In this document: positions 1 to 12,532 of the stretch, piece by piece
Layout of the letters: each line of letters starts with the position of its first letter
Numbering within the stretch: position 1 is the first letter of the stretch
Assembly: GCF_001194135.2 (NCBI RefSeq)
Contig: NC_068993.1
Span: forward strand, 63,155,992 to 63,219,991
Length of the DNA: 64,000 bases
Source: Octopus bimaculoides
Taxonomy: Eukaryota
Direction of reading: 5' to 3'
Notes under the pieces: model-generated
The model's input: the letters and a program-made list of their open reading frames with translations, nothing else
Told to the model about the DNA's origin: nothing
Database searches by the model: none
Program-made: the position numbers and the translations under genes

Positions 1-224
1 AGAAATGGAAATCGTTTTGAAATTACAAGTCAGCTAACTTGTGTTTTAGTTCAACAAGTTTATATTCTGTCCCCCACCCCAGCTCTCTAATGCGTGTCTT
101 GGTACTGATATTTGACTAAAGAGCTACGTTGTGGGTATGTGTGTCTGCATGTTAATTTCACAAGCAGGCCAGATCAACTGGAACCCTCATTGTTGTAACC
201 GATGAAGTGCTAGTTAATAACTAG

Positions 225-297
<73 letters not shown>

Positions 298-1187
298 CCT
301 GACTTAGGGACTCTTAGACGACTTACACACACATGCTTCCATATTCTGTGGAGTATATTGCAATAGATTGTCTGCATCTTGTGCCATATGGCTGCAATTC
401 TTGGCAGTGTGCTCTACATAATCACCAAAGACTCACCATGGGTATTATACATCTATTACAATGGGACTGGAATTGTATGACCTAAAATATTCAACAAAGA
501 ATATCCCAACTCCATTGAACGAGCTCTGTATAAGGCTGCTGCTACTGCTGTTGGAGATTTCATAATGGCTACCTCTGATGAGTGCAGGATTATATAATTG
601 GACTTTTATCCAACTGAAGGGCTGCTGCAATAAGTGTGTGAATCTGAGAGGGGGAATATATTCAATAAAATCCTAATTAACTGATCCTCCTGTATTTTCT
701 TTTACCCAAAGCCAGGAACATTTTACCATCTTCTCGTAGATTACAATAGCTTATTTTGATAGGGGTGAATGTCTTTCCCCAAAAGCTTAATTTAATCAGG
801 GAGCAAAGGGAAAGATTTCATCAGGATATAAGAACAATAGAAGATAGGATGATCTCTTGATGGCAGATTATTAGGGAAGAACATTTAGTGGGGCAGTTTT
901 GGTAAATCTTAATCTTGAATGGATTTTGAAAGAATCTTATCTACTGAATAACTGATAATCTTGTTTTATTCGTTGGCTCCAATTATTACAGATTCTCTTA
1001 TTGTGTATTCTGAGTTTTTGTGTTGAAATAAATTGATCAGGTGTTTATGTGTGTATTATATAACTGTTTAGATATAAATAATCTCCTGGATTCTTAGCCT
1101 TGAAGTCTTGTATAATAAATTGTTTTGTCCTCATCCAAGTCAAGTCTGATTAAGAAATCTACATACACCACACAAAATAGAACATCC

Positions 1188-1222
<35 letters not shown>

Positions 1223-1377
1223 TACATAATTTCAATTTGTTTTACACAAACTAGTCTGTTTGATTCATATCAGAATTTTGTTGTAAATAGATAAAAAAAA
1301 AAACCCCAAAAATCTACTGCAAAAAAAAATGAAAATAAAATTGGAATAAAGAGAGCAAAATCCCATTGAAGACAGCA

Positions 1378-1456
1378 TCATTGCACCATTGTTGGAATAA
1401 GGAGCCTGTCTGCTCTTACTGTTGTCATCAGCTGTGATAATTCTCTTGCTAATTGC
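1378..1456 (-). CDS. Candidate terminal coding exon, phase 2, encoding (R)QLARELSQLMTTVRADRLLIPTMVQ*
   Basis: Minus-strand acceptor ttaggtttgtag|G, 25 open codons with an amphipathic-helix pattern, then TGA and a T-rich UTR-like tract. No homology recognised. Confidence 0.4.
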
Positions 1457-3590
1457 CTACAAACCTAATTAAAGCCTCAACACTTGCTAAGCAGCATAGA
1501 TTCTACTGTTAATGCCAAAATTGTTTTTTTTTTTAATCTTTTTTTTTCCCTAGTTTCTGCTATTCAGTTATCTTTTATGCTTTCTCAGAAGATCATTACT
1601 TGATTTGTTGTTCTACTACTACTACTATTATTATTATTATTATTATTATTGATTTTAATTCTTTGTAAAGGTTTTAGTTCTTTTTAGTGGCTGTTGTTGT
1701 TGTTAGTATATTCTTCACTTTCATCTTGTTTCTGTCTCATCATTTAATTTTATCCAGCTTTTCATTCTCCTTGACTTTCTCTCTATATTATTTTGGGTTA
1801 TTTTTGTTTTACTTCTAGTTTTTTTTGGTTGTTTTTCTTTTTTTTTTGTATTTTTTAAGGTGTATTTTCTTTTATTTACTACTTTCTCTGGAAATCAATA
1901 AATTTTCTTTGTGGAAAATTAAAATGACAAAAAGATTTTTTATTTTTGCAGTTTTTTAAGAAATATTTATTTTTTATCATTTTTCTTTTCTTCTTTTTAT
2001 TGAAAAATGTAATAATAATTAAACTTTTTTTTAAATTTAAATATATTTTTCTAGATCCCCACCATCTCCCAGTTAAAAAAAATACATATATATATATAAA
2101 TGGTTGGAGTTATGTTAGAAAGTTTTTTCTTTTTTTTAATATGCTCATCTATTGTCCAGTAAATTTCCATAGTTTTTTTTTTCTTTCTTCTTTTTAGTTT
2201 TTTCAAATTTTTAAATGTAATTTGTCTTTACACAATTCTTGAAAATATTGTCTCCATATTTTCAAGAGGTAATTATATTTATGCAAAACACAGTCTTTTC
2301 GTTCATATATTTTAAACATTTCTTTATTTTCATAAATAGATAACTGACTGGACAAATAAAATATTGAATTACTAATTCCTAAGACGTGTGTTTATGGCAG
2401 TAAATTGGCCAAATCATTAGCATCATCATCATCATCATCATCATCACCATCATTATTTTAACATCCACTTTTCCATGGCACAATTTCTTACAAGTTAATA
2501 TCTTATGAAAAATACTCAAAAGGAAGGCATTGGGTAACCACTCTTTCTATTTTCCCCTCAAGGAATCCCCAGTGGTCATTTGTCAGCTTGATGGTACAAG
2601 GAATGAAGGAAACATGTTCATATCTAAAGGGAAGCTTTTTTTGTTGTTTTTTAATGTCTTAGCAAAGAAAGGACAGTGTCTTAGCTCTGTGACTTTTAGG
2701 AGGAAGACCAGACATTATTCTCAGCCTGGAGGCCTAACTCAAACGCTTGCAATGGAGTGGTGTCTTATGACACCCAGGGGCAAGTGTTGATGCTAAACTG
2801 GGTGAGAGGTTAAGTCTACCATTTCCACTTAACTCTTTGGAGGTTTCATTTTACCTTGTTGTTTGACACCAGTCAGTCCTGACAGGGTCCACAGGTATAT
2901 GACCATAGTCCTGATAGTCCACAGCCATGACGATAGTGTGTTTTCTTCTGGAATAGCATACCTCAAACAACATTAGACAATGTGTCCTTTCATTAGATTA
3001 TAAGTTATTGTTTGAGGGAAATTTGGCTGCTGTTTTTAGCAGTTTGAGTGACTACAGTTTTACTGTAAAGAATTAGTACCAAATAATGATCAGTTTATTA
3101 GTAAGCAATACTAAAAACCGTCATTTGATGCAAAAAAAAAACCAAAAAAAAAAACCCAAGCTAAATTCTAAGTATATAATGAAGCATTTTTCTTTCTACT
3201 GTAGGCAGGAGGGGGATAGTCAAATATGTCAGCCCTGATGCTAAACTGGTACTTATTTTGTCAATTGTGAAAGGACGAAATGTCTGATTTAGGCCAAATT
3301 CCTATCTACAGTCTAAGATATCACTTCATGCTCCTGAAATTGTTGATTTGTGTCACCCGCGGAAAATATTACTTCCAGTGGGAGCAGGTTTAGATGTGCA
3401 GGCAAGAATTTTGCTTCACAACAACACTGTTCTGAGTTCTGTGTGGAACCTTGAGCCTGTCTTTTGTCATAGTTCTGAGTTGACTAGAACCTTATGAGTG
3501 GAATTTGATGGAGCAGACAGATTATGTAGCAGCCTCTCATGTACATATGTGAGTGTGTGTGTGTCTTTTTATATACATGTTTATGCATGT

Positions 3591-3739
3591 TTAAATGTCT
3601 TTTGTTGTAAGCACTGAGAAGAAAATGGTGCTCTTTGAATGGAATCTCCTGCATATTTGTTCTGTAATGAGTTGCTGGAACTTCCTTGTCATTCTCACCG
3701 TCAGAAATACAGTGAAAAAGCGACTGGCCCTTTGAAAAC
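3591..3739 (-). CDS. Candidate terminal exon, phase 1, encoding (G)FQRASRFFTVFLTVRMTRKFQQLITEQICRRFHSKSTIFFSVLTTKDI*
   Basis: Acceptor ttagctacag|GT, 48 open codons in a repeat-free island. A second frame is also open (ORF track 3484..3765), so the frame is ambiguous. Confidence 0.2.
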
Positions 3740-4697
3740 CTGTAGCTAATGATGCTATTGTTCACACTATCTGATTATAATCCATATTCCATATTCAATT
3801 TGAAATTTCTCTTTTTAAAGGCAACAAAAATAAAAAATAAAAGTAGGCAACAAAACAAAAACAAAAACCTTTCTCCTCATTTCCCTTTTCATCTTTTCCT
3901 TTGTCTTCTTATCTTTTGTTTGTTTTATCTTCCTCATCTTCTCATCGTATTGTTTCCCCTCTCCTCTTCATTTTTTCTTTCTTTTTTCTTCCTTTTGTAT
4001 TTTCGATGTGGTAGAGGGTGTGTGTGGTGTAATCAGTCAGCTGATCAATATCGATATATATTACATTAACAATATCTTGTTTTACTGATTGGTTAACGAG
4101 TGAGATTATAAAAAATCAATTAGTTTTTGCCTCACTTTGAACTCAATAACTCAAGCCTGAATTCTACAGAGTCACTGAGCTTTTGACCTACATTACATTA
4201 AGTAAGTGGGGCATCTATACCGGAACACAACGCCCTCTGTCTGTACCATTTCATGGGTGTGAACCACGAAAGTGCTACTAAACATTAATTTAACATTAAC
4301 TTAACTATTATTTTTCATGCAGATGGTGTGCTTGAGTAATTTATCCCACCAAAATATGCGCATTTTCAAAAACATCAACTCCTCTTTTAGTTCTTTGGGT
4401 TTTGAACTGTGGCCATGCTGGGGCACTACATTGAAGAGCTTTAGTCAATCATCATCTCGGTACTTCTTTTCAATTCTGTCACTATTTTATTAATCTGTAT
4501 TTGCTTCTCTGCTAAGTTATATACACATAAACACAGTCCCTCTTTTTGTTAAATTCAGTCATTGTCTGCCTCTGTGACTGTCTTTACAAACTCCCACGTA
4601 CACATTCACATCACACACACATTCATGCCATGACCGCAGCCACTTGGCTGAAACACATAAATAAATAAATAAATAAATATATATATATATATATATT

Positions 4698-4837
4698 GGA
4701 GTGGTTGGCATCAGGAAGGGCATCTAGCCGTAGAAACCATGCCAATCAGATTGGAGCCTGGCACAGCTTTCTATCGTGCCAGTCCAGTCAAACCATCCAA
4801 CCCATGCCAGCATGGATAACAGACATTAAATGATGAT
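4698..4837 (+). mobile_element. 3' tail of RTE-type LINE/SINE ending in (GAT)n
   Basis: ggaagggcatctagccgtagaaacc...aacccatgccagcatgga...ttaaatgatgatg, a motif repeated many times in the window. Confidence 0.7.
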
Positions 4838-4918
4838 GTATACACATGCATGCACGCATACACATACATACACACACATATATATATATATATATATATG
4901 ATGATGATGATGATGATG

Positions 4919-4997
<79 letters not shown>

Positions 4998-5007
4998 NNN
5001 NNNNNNN

Positions 5008-5088
<81 letters not shown>

Positions 5089-5217
5089 GGATGTGATGGG
5101 TAAATTGTCGCCATTTTATATTTTTTATTTTGAGCATGTTCATTGTTTGTTTTGGATTTTGTTGACTACACAGTATAGTAGGGTCATTTGGGCATCATCT
5201 GTGAGAAAACCAGCACC

Positions 5218-5404
5218 ATGACACAATTCACTCTGCCAGAAACTTGGAAACAACATGCTGTACTGCTTGGCATTCTGAGGACAGTGTAGAGGATTTGAAA
5301 AGTGTTGGATGAGTCTAATGGTGATTACGAAGGTACGGCAGCTCGGAAAACTCAATCTGATCATTCTGATAAGAACTGAATTTGTTGGTGAGATCCAAGC
5401 CATG
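5218..5404 (+). mobile_element. Decayed Tc1/mariner-superfamily transposase, N-terminal fragment
   Basis: Translates MTQFTLPETWKQHAVLLGI...LDESNGDYEGTAARKTQSDHSDK..EFVGEIQAM with stops and a frameshift. It resembles from memory an abundant cephalopod Tc1/mariner transposase N-terminus. Confidence 0.55.
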
Positions 5405-5489
5405 CTTATTTCTTAACATTGTTTTGAATTAATCATCTATTGTCTGCTAGCTCTGAGATTTTAATGATATTATTGTCTATTCTTGTGAA

Positions 5490-5812
5490 GGTACATGGCT
5501 CAGTAGTTAGATCGTCGGGCTTACAATCACGAGGTAGTGAGTTCGATTCCCAAACTGGGCTGTGTGTTGTGTTCTTGAGCAAGACACTTTATTTCACGTT
5601 GCTCCAGTTCACTCAGCTGTAGAAATGGGTTGCAACATCACTGGTGCCAAGCCGTATCGACCGTTGCCTTTCCCTTGGATAACATCGGTGATGTGGAGAG
5701 GCGGGAGTCTGGTATGCATGGGCGACTGCTGGTCTTCCATAAACAATCTTGCCTAGGAGGGGGACTTTCTAGGTGCAATCCCATGGTCATTCGTGACCGG
5801 AGGGGGTCTTTA
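5490..5812 (+). mobile_element. tRNA-derived CORE-like SINE
   Basis: A-box-like tggctcagtagttag and B-box gagttcgattccc, then tgtgttcttgagcaagacacttt...ctcagctgtagaaatggg, which resembles the CORE (MIR-type) domain. Confidence 0.7.
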
Positions 5813-7760
5813 CCCTATCTTGTCTATTCTTAGGGTAGGTGTGAGAGGCCAGATCTGGTCAGTTTGAACATAGAATAGGAAGAATGTGGGCTGGATATGG
5901 TCAGTTTCAATGCTGAAGGATTAAAATGAGAGCAATAGAACACAGTAGGTGGTAACGCCTGGGAGGTTGGTCATTTTGGGAGGAATGGCATGCACCGTGC
6001 AGATTAGGCACTTGGTTGGAGATGTGGAAATGGGATGTGCTGTGGAAGGGTTGTGGTGGAATGTAACAGGTGTGTGTGTGTGTGTGGTATGCTGTAGTGG
6101 CATGTTTCTACAGGTTGTGATGAATCACCATAGAGACAATAAAGACCAAAGTGTTTGCTGAGATTAACAAAGAAAAACAAAACTAAATGACAGGGAAGAA
6201 GTGGTGGCAGCGGTATTTGGGTGGGTGGGGTTAGTTTAGTGTAAATTTTCACTGTAGTTATCACAGTTTTCAATATCAAGTGTCCATTGGTTCATCCTAT
6301 TAAGGCTGATTAAGGGCGAGGAAATAAAACACAATGAATGGAATTTAAGGAGAAGAGGAGGAGAGAAGAGGAACAAATAAATCTTGTTAGCTTAATGCCT
6401 CCCTTCATCTTTCAAACTGACATTTTTAATTTCCACAAACACTTACGCTAATTGTTATTCAGGCATCCTTAGCTGTTTAGTTTTCTTTGTATTATTATTA
6501 TTATTATTATTGTAATTATTATTATTATTATTATCATCCTTGTCTTTTTAAAGGCAAGGTGAGAGATGGTGAGTGTGTGTCAGAACCTACCTGCCCTGCT
6601 GCCCTGTAATTGCACCCTTCCATTCCAAACTGACCATTGTCATCAATAATTGATTATTATTTTTTCCTCCCCAATTACTAATGAGTTGTCTTTATAAAGG
6701 GTGTGCCGATGATGGTGGTGATGGTGGGAGGGTGATCTCTGTGTGTGTGTGTGTGTGTGTGGGAGTTTATATTTTATAACAGCAGAAGGTGAAGTTTGCC
6801 TTGTCTCACCCTCTGACATGTTAATACAAGTATTATTGTACATAATGAAACAAAATTAAAAAAAGGAATAAATTGATAAACATAATATATAAATAAAAAT
6901 AGAAAGAAAAATAGAAACTGTTTCTTTTGCATTGGTCAGTTCTGGATAATTGTCTCTGTTGTCCAAGTCATCATTTACATAAAGTGGTAGAACGAGTTTG
7001 CAGTTTGTGTTGATTTTCTTTTCTTTTCACCTCTCTCTCTCTCTCTCTCTTTTTTTTTTTCTCTTCCCCTCCGCTTCTCACTTCCTCTTTTATTGTCCTT
7101 CATTCTCATTCTTACTCTAAGTTGATCACTCATTCTCTGCCTCTTGCTCTCTATCACTCACTCTCTCTATATCTTATCCTCAGTCACTCACTCTCTATAT
7201 ATATATATCATACCCTCACTCATTCTTTATATATCTTACTCTGTCACTCACTCTCTACATATCATGTCCTCACTCACTCTCTCTATATATCATACCCTCA
7301 GTCACTCACTCTCTTTATGTCTTACCCTCACTCATTCTGTCCTCAGTCACACTCTTTCTATATAGCTTGCACTCATGTTCTACATATCTGGCTCTCAGTG
7401 ACTCTGTTACTAATATTCCATCAATCACAAAAGCCAATAATCTCACTCTTTCCACTTTTACTTCCTTCTCTGTTGTCAGTCACTGATATGTTTTTTTCCC
7501 TCTGTCCAGCCATGCGTCCATCCATGATGTTCTGTCACTGCAAAAGTGATCAACCTATCAGAACACAATATTAACGTATTCTTCATATAAAACAGAAGAA
7601 TTCATGCCAAAGCATTTTACATGTCATGTCACTGATTAAGAAGAACCATTTGCATTGATATGTATTTAACCTCCCCCCTCCCCCACAACACACCTCTCCC
7701 AAACTTTCTGTTAAATCTGCAGATTATTATTATTATTGTTAATATTTTAGATATCCTAAG

Positions 7761-8625
7761 GCAGCGAGCTGGCAGAATCGTTAGCACGCCGGGCGAAATG
7801 CTTAGCAGTATTTCGTCCGTCTTTACGTTCTGAGTTCAAATCCTGCCGAGGTCGACTTTGCCTTTCATCCTTTCAGGGTCAATAAATTAAGTACCGGTTG
7901 CGTACTGGGGTCAATCTAATCGACTGGGCCCCCTCCCACCAAATTTCAGGCCTTGTGTCTGTAGTAGAAAGGATTATTAGTATTATTGTTAATATTAAAG
8001 ATATCCTAAGGTGGTGAGGTGATGGAACTATTAGCAAAATGCTTCATGGTATTTCGTCCATCTTTACGTTCTGAGTTCAAATCCCCTTTTTTGGGACCAA
8101 TAAAATAAGTACCAGTTGAGTGCTAGGGCTGATGTAATCAACTTTGCCCCCTATCCCAAAATTGCTGGCCTTGTGCCAAAATTTGAAACCATTATTATTA
8201 TTTTTGCTAATATTAATGGATAAGGTGATACACTGACAGACTGCCGAGTAAAATGCTTAGCGGTATTTCGTCTGCCTTTACTACGTTCTGTGTTCAAATT
8301 CCACTGAGGTCAACTTAGCCGTTCATCCGTTTGGGGGTTGATAAAATAAACATCATTTGAGCACTGGGATTGATGTAATCTACTTAACCTCTCCCCCCAA
8401 AAACTGCTGGCCTTGTGCCAAAATTTGAAACCATTATTTTTATTGTTGTTGTTGTTATTATTCAGGCTGTGAGCTGGCAGAATCATTAGCATGCTAGGCA
8501 TCAACTTTGCCTTTCATCCTTTCAGGATCAATAAAAGAAGTATTGGTTCAGTCCTGGGGTCGATGTAATCGACTTATCCCCTCCCCCAAAATTGCTGGCC
8601 TTGTGTCAAAATTTGAGATCAATAT
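7761..8625 (+). mobile_element. Head-to-tail array of four family-1 tRNA-derived SINEs (about 7761-7975, 8011-8195, 8225-8435, 8464-8625)
   Basis: Repeated gagctggcagaatcgttagcacgccgggcgaaatgcttag...gagttcaaat...ggccttgtg, with (ATT)n tails between copies. Confidence 0.85.
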
Positions 8626-8810
8626 TAATAGATATTCTATTGTTATTGTTTCTTAATGAATGCTTTTAACTACAGTCAATCATGAGATTGTTTTGCTTTA
8701 ATTAAATGTGTTGAACGATAGCTAACATGATTTGACAAGATGCTGCTTTAATGACAGACAGACGTCAACTCTAGCACAAGGTCAGTGCGAAGCTGTTGAT
8801 GCTTGCTTAC

Positions 8811-8825
8811 CTTAAAACATCATAT
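8811..8825 (-). CDS. Candidate 15-nt microexon, (R)YDVL(R), phase 2 to phase 2
   Basis: ttttccgttaacag|ATATGATGTTTTAAG|gtaagc. Strong splice signals, frame-preserving, and joins in frame to the 1378-1456 exon. Confidence 0.35.
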
Positions 8826-9789
8826 CTGTTAACGGAAAATGTCCATACAAAACTAAGCATCACATCTGGTGATAGTGTTGATGTTAGGTGTGGTTTAGAA
8901 GTGGGAGTATTCAGAATGTCATGAGGAAATTTAAATAAAAGAATATCAAAGCAATTTATGATAATGAGGATAATTTAAAAAAAAAAAATCTATGGATAAT
9001 TTGGTTTGTGAAAATAAAATGACAGTGAAGTAGATAAGGTGTTGGAATATTGGAATATGGAATACTGATTCATAAGGTCACTAGTTTCAACCCACTGCAG
9101 GTATTTTGCTGTTTATGGGCAGGACATTTTAAAAATTCTATATTACCTTGAGTTCATCTAGCTGTTGAGAACAGGTAACAAATATTCTTGGTAAAGGTCA
9201 ATAGGTAATTACCTATTGATAAATGATAAATATCACTGATCAGTGAAATGTCATGCTGTTGATGTTGCTCTTATTTATCATACCAGTATGCGTGAGATAA
9301 CTGATAATAGCATTATCTCACTATTATGAGACAGTTTAATGTATTGCCAGTTGAAGGCATGTTCTTCAAATATTATAAGAGGTGTAATATTATACAATAG
9401 TGATGTGGATACTTAATGCTAAGCCAATAAATTTTAATAAATTAAAATCCCGCCTTTTGTATTTAGAATAGTAATTATAGTAATGAGCAGTGTTATTTAA
9501 ATGAAAAATTCTTGTTATAAACTCTCTTCATAGGAAGGAGAATAAGAGCTTATGTATCTACTCAAAAAGTGAACAACAAACTGTGAGACATGCTAAAGTG
9601 GTTTGCTAATTTTTTTCTGACTATGTAGAGGATAATTAGGTGTGTTTACATCTGTTTAAAGTTTCCCAACAAAAGACTTGACTGAAGTTTAGCCACTATA
9701 AATTATTCTTGAGTTTTCTAAGGCATGTGAGTGGATCGTGTGTGTGTGTGTGTGTGTGTGCATGCTAGTGTCTCCTTGTGTTGATATTG

Positions 9790-10009
9790 TGTGATAGTCG
9801 TAAACAAGTGTCACTGTCATGCAGGTGGTGTCCTTTGTTTTCAATATTCTGTGAAAACCTGTCTGGCTAGAAGGAAATATTACCTGACTTGGAAACGAGA
9901 GAGGGTTGGTGACAGGAAGGACATCCAGCCAAAGAAAATTGCTCCTCACCCCAAAATGCTGGCTGACCCATGCAAACATAGAAGAATGGACATTAAAACA
10001 ATGGTGGTG

Positions 10010-10010
<1 letters not shown>
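9790..10010 (+). mobile_element. Composite SINE, 3' half (body plus RTE-like tail)
   Basis: Same sequence family as 23410-23580 (+), 23985-24210 (-) and 44660-44820 (-). Confidence 0.65.
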
Positions 10011-10055
<45 letters not shown>

Positions 10056-10499
10056 TGCTGACGTGTTGGCAGTGTTTGTTTTGGTGCTATGATGTGGAAG
10101 AAAGTTAAAAGAAAGGCAAACAGTTGCTGATGGAATCAACAACATCAGAAAAAACTATAATCAAGTTGATCCCTCTTTTACTGTCCACAGTGAAATTATA
10201 TTAACAAAGTCATTTATAAGTATCCAGTGTAATTAATTAGTTTTTAATTAGCCTCCTCATGCTCTGCCAGCTCAAAGCTGTAGGTGTATTCTGTTTCGTT
10301 GGTCATTAGAATTTGGTGTTGCCATTAGTGTGTGTGTGTGGGTGGGTGTGTGTGTGTGTGTGTGCAAGCGCAAAAGTTCCATAAGAACCAGGGCTTAGTA
10401 TAGGTCTAGATCAGTGGTTCTCAACTGGGGTCCAGATGGCTCTTGGGGATCCATTTAAGATTTTACTGTTAAAATTTATTTCCAGTAAAGTGGTTATAT

Positions 10500-10740
10500 T
10501 TTCTTTTGCCAAACCACTAAGTTACAGGGACATAAACAAACCAACACCAATTGTCAAACAATGATGGAGGACAAACACACACATACACACACACACTCGG
10601 ATTCTTTCAGTTTCCATCTACCAAATCTTCTCACAAGACTTTGGTTGGCCCTAGGCTATAATAGAAGACACTTGCCCAAAGTGCCACATAGAGAGACTAA
10701 ACCCTGAACTATGTGGTTGGGAGCAAACGTTTCACCACCC
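10500..10740 (-). mobile_element. Family-2 tRNA-derived SINE, degenerate
   Basis: ttttgccaaaccactaagttacagggacataaac...cagtttccatctaccaaatc...cacttgcccaaagtgccac matches the reverse complement of the 57378 copy. Confidence 0.75.
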
Positions 10741-11289
10741 ACCCACATCTATACACATTTTGACGAAAGGTTGCTGTTAGTTAACCCTGGGCCAGTCCTG
10801 AATGAGCAGACCTATGGTGAAAGGAATTCTGGCCATGACCATCCTGTTTGTTTATGTCAGACTTCTTATTTTAAGATGAAAGATTTTGAACAGAGGGAAT
10901 TTAAGTGCTGTTTTTAACAGATCAGGGAACCCAGTACAAGTTTGTTGTTGGCTCTTCAGCAGCGGTGTAAAATTATGAGCCAACACGTAAGTTCCCATTC
11001 CACTTTATCAAAGAACTTAATTTTTTTTTGCACCAATAAAATATAGTCACTGATCTGTGTAGGTGGAAAATCTTCAAGAAGCAGGGTGAATGTAAATGGG
11101 GTGGGGTGGGGGTGGGGAATAGAACTGGTCATATAAGTCATTGTTGGTGTTAAAGAAAAGGATTTTGTTCCATGTATTGACTTCATCCTGGCACACAAAC
11201 GAGCTTCTTTCAATATCAAAGAGATGAATCAAATGAAAAAAAAGAAAAAAAACTTCTAATTTCTTCTTTCTTTTTCTCTCTCTCTCTTT

Positions 11290-11360
11290 CTATTCTGCTG
11301 CCTGGTCTAACCAGCTGGTCCTGACATCTTGGTTGTTCAGCTCAGCCAATGGCGTTGTAT
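11290..11360 (-). CDS. Candidate terminal exon, phase 1, (D)TTPLAELNNQDVRTSWLDQAAE*
   Basis: Acceptor ttagtttgctttgtag|AT, upstream TGCATG and T-rich flank, 22 open codons. A plus-strand acceptor (ggtctaaccag) also overlaps this segment. Confidence 0.3.
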
Positions 11361-12336
11361 CTACAAAGCAAACTAATAAATTTATATAATAAATACATGC
11401 AAAAGAAAGTTAATCTGAGAAGAATTTCTGGGGGTTTTTTTGTTTTGTTTTTTTTTTATCAAAAAACTGAGAATCTAAAATAAATGCAAAATGGCTTTTT
11501 TAATTTCTTTTATTGTCAAAGATTCAGAAACTGAAAGAAAAAAAAAAATTTTTAAGCACAAGAAAGCTGTTATGCCAGTTTGGTATTAAGAACAATGATA
11601 TGTCGCTTTCAGTCATGTGACCGTATGGTTAAGCAGTCACAAAGCAAAAATAGCAGCGAATTCTCTGTTCATCTCAATGATGAGCATTTGTTTGACTGAA
11701 TTTCTGCATGTGAAATTGATGCATTGGTGGCGGAATACACCACAGACAGGTGTACCTTTAATGCAGTTCTCATGCTGAATTTGTAGGAAAACAGAAAGTG
11801 ACATTTAAATTACTCTGCCTAATGTAATGCTCTTTTATTCATTGTTTTTTAATTAACCATGCATTGTCTTGTAGCTTTAAGACATCAATGTGATTGTTTA
11901 TTTTTAGAATGACATTGTAGGGTAGGTGTGAGAGGCCAGATAGTGGAGAGGTGAGACGGTGAATTGTGTTGGAGGTGTAGGACTATCCTACTGTATAAGG
12001 GCAAGTTTGGGCAGATGTTTGGGGTGGGGGAAGGCCGAAGGAGTAAAAATGAGAATGGGTGTTGAGGNNNNNNNNNNNNNNNNNNNNNNNNNNNNNNNNN
12101 NNNNNNNNNNNNNNNNNNNNNNNNNNNNNNNNNNNNNNNNNNNNNNNNNNNNNNNNNNNNNNNNNNNNNNNNNNNNNNNNNNNNNNNNNNNNNNNNNNNN
12201 NNNNNNNNNNNNNNNNNNNNNNNNNNNNNNNNNNNNNNNNNNNNNNNNNNNNNNNNNNNNNNNNNNNNNNNNNNNNNNNNNNNNNNNNNNNNNNNNNNNN
12301 NNNNNNNNNNNNNNNNNNNNNNNNNNNNNNNNNNNN

Positions 12337-12532
12337 GGCAGAAACGTTAGGGGGCCGGGAGAAATGCTTAGCGGTATTTCATGTCTTTATGTTCTGAGTT
12401 CAAATTCCCCCAAGGTCGACTTTGCCTTTCATCCTTTCGGGGTCGATAAATTAAGTACCAGTTATGTACTGGGGTCGATCTTATTGACTGGCCTCTTCCC
12501 CCAAAATTTCGAGCCTTGTGCCTGGAGTAGAA
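12337..12532 (+). mobile_element. Family-1 SINE, young copy next to a gap
   Basis: ggcagaaacgttag...gttctgagttcaaattcc...gtcgactttgcctttcatcctttcggggtcgataaattaagtacc. Confidence 0.85.

Noticed and set aside
7100-7400. 150-aa and 73-aa S/L/H/T-rich ORFs
   Set aside because: They derive from a tcactcactctctatat-type minisatellite.
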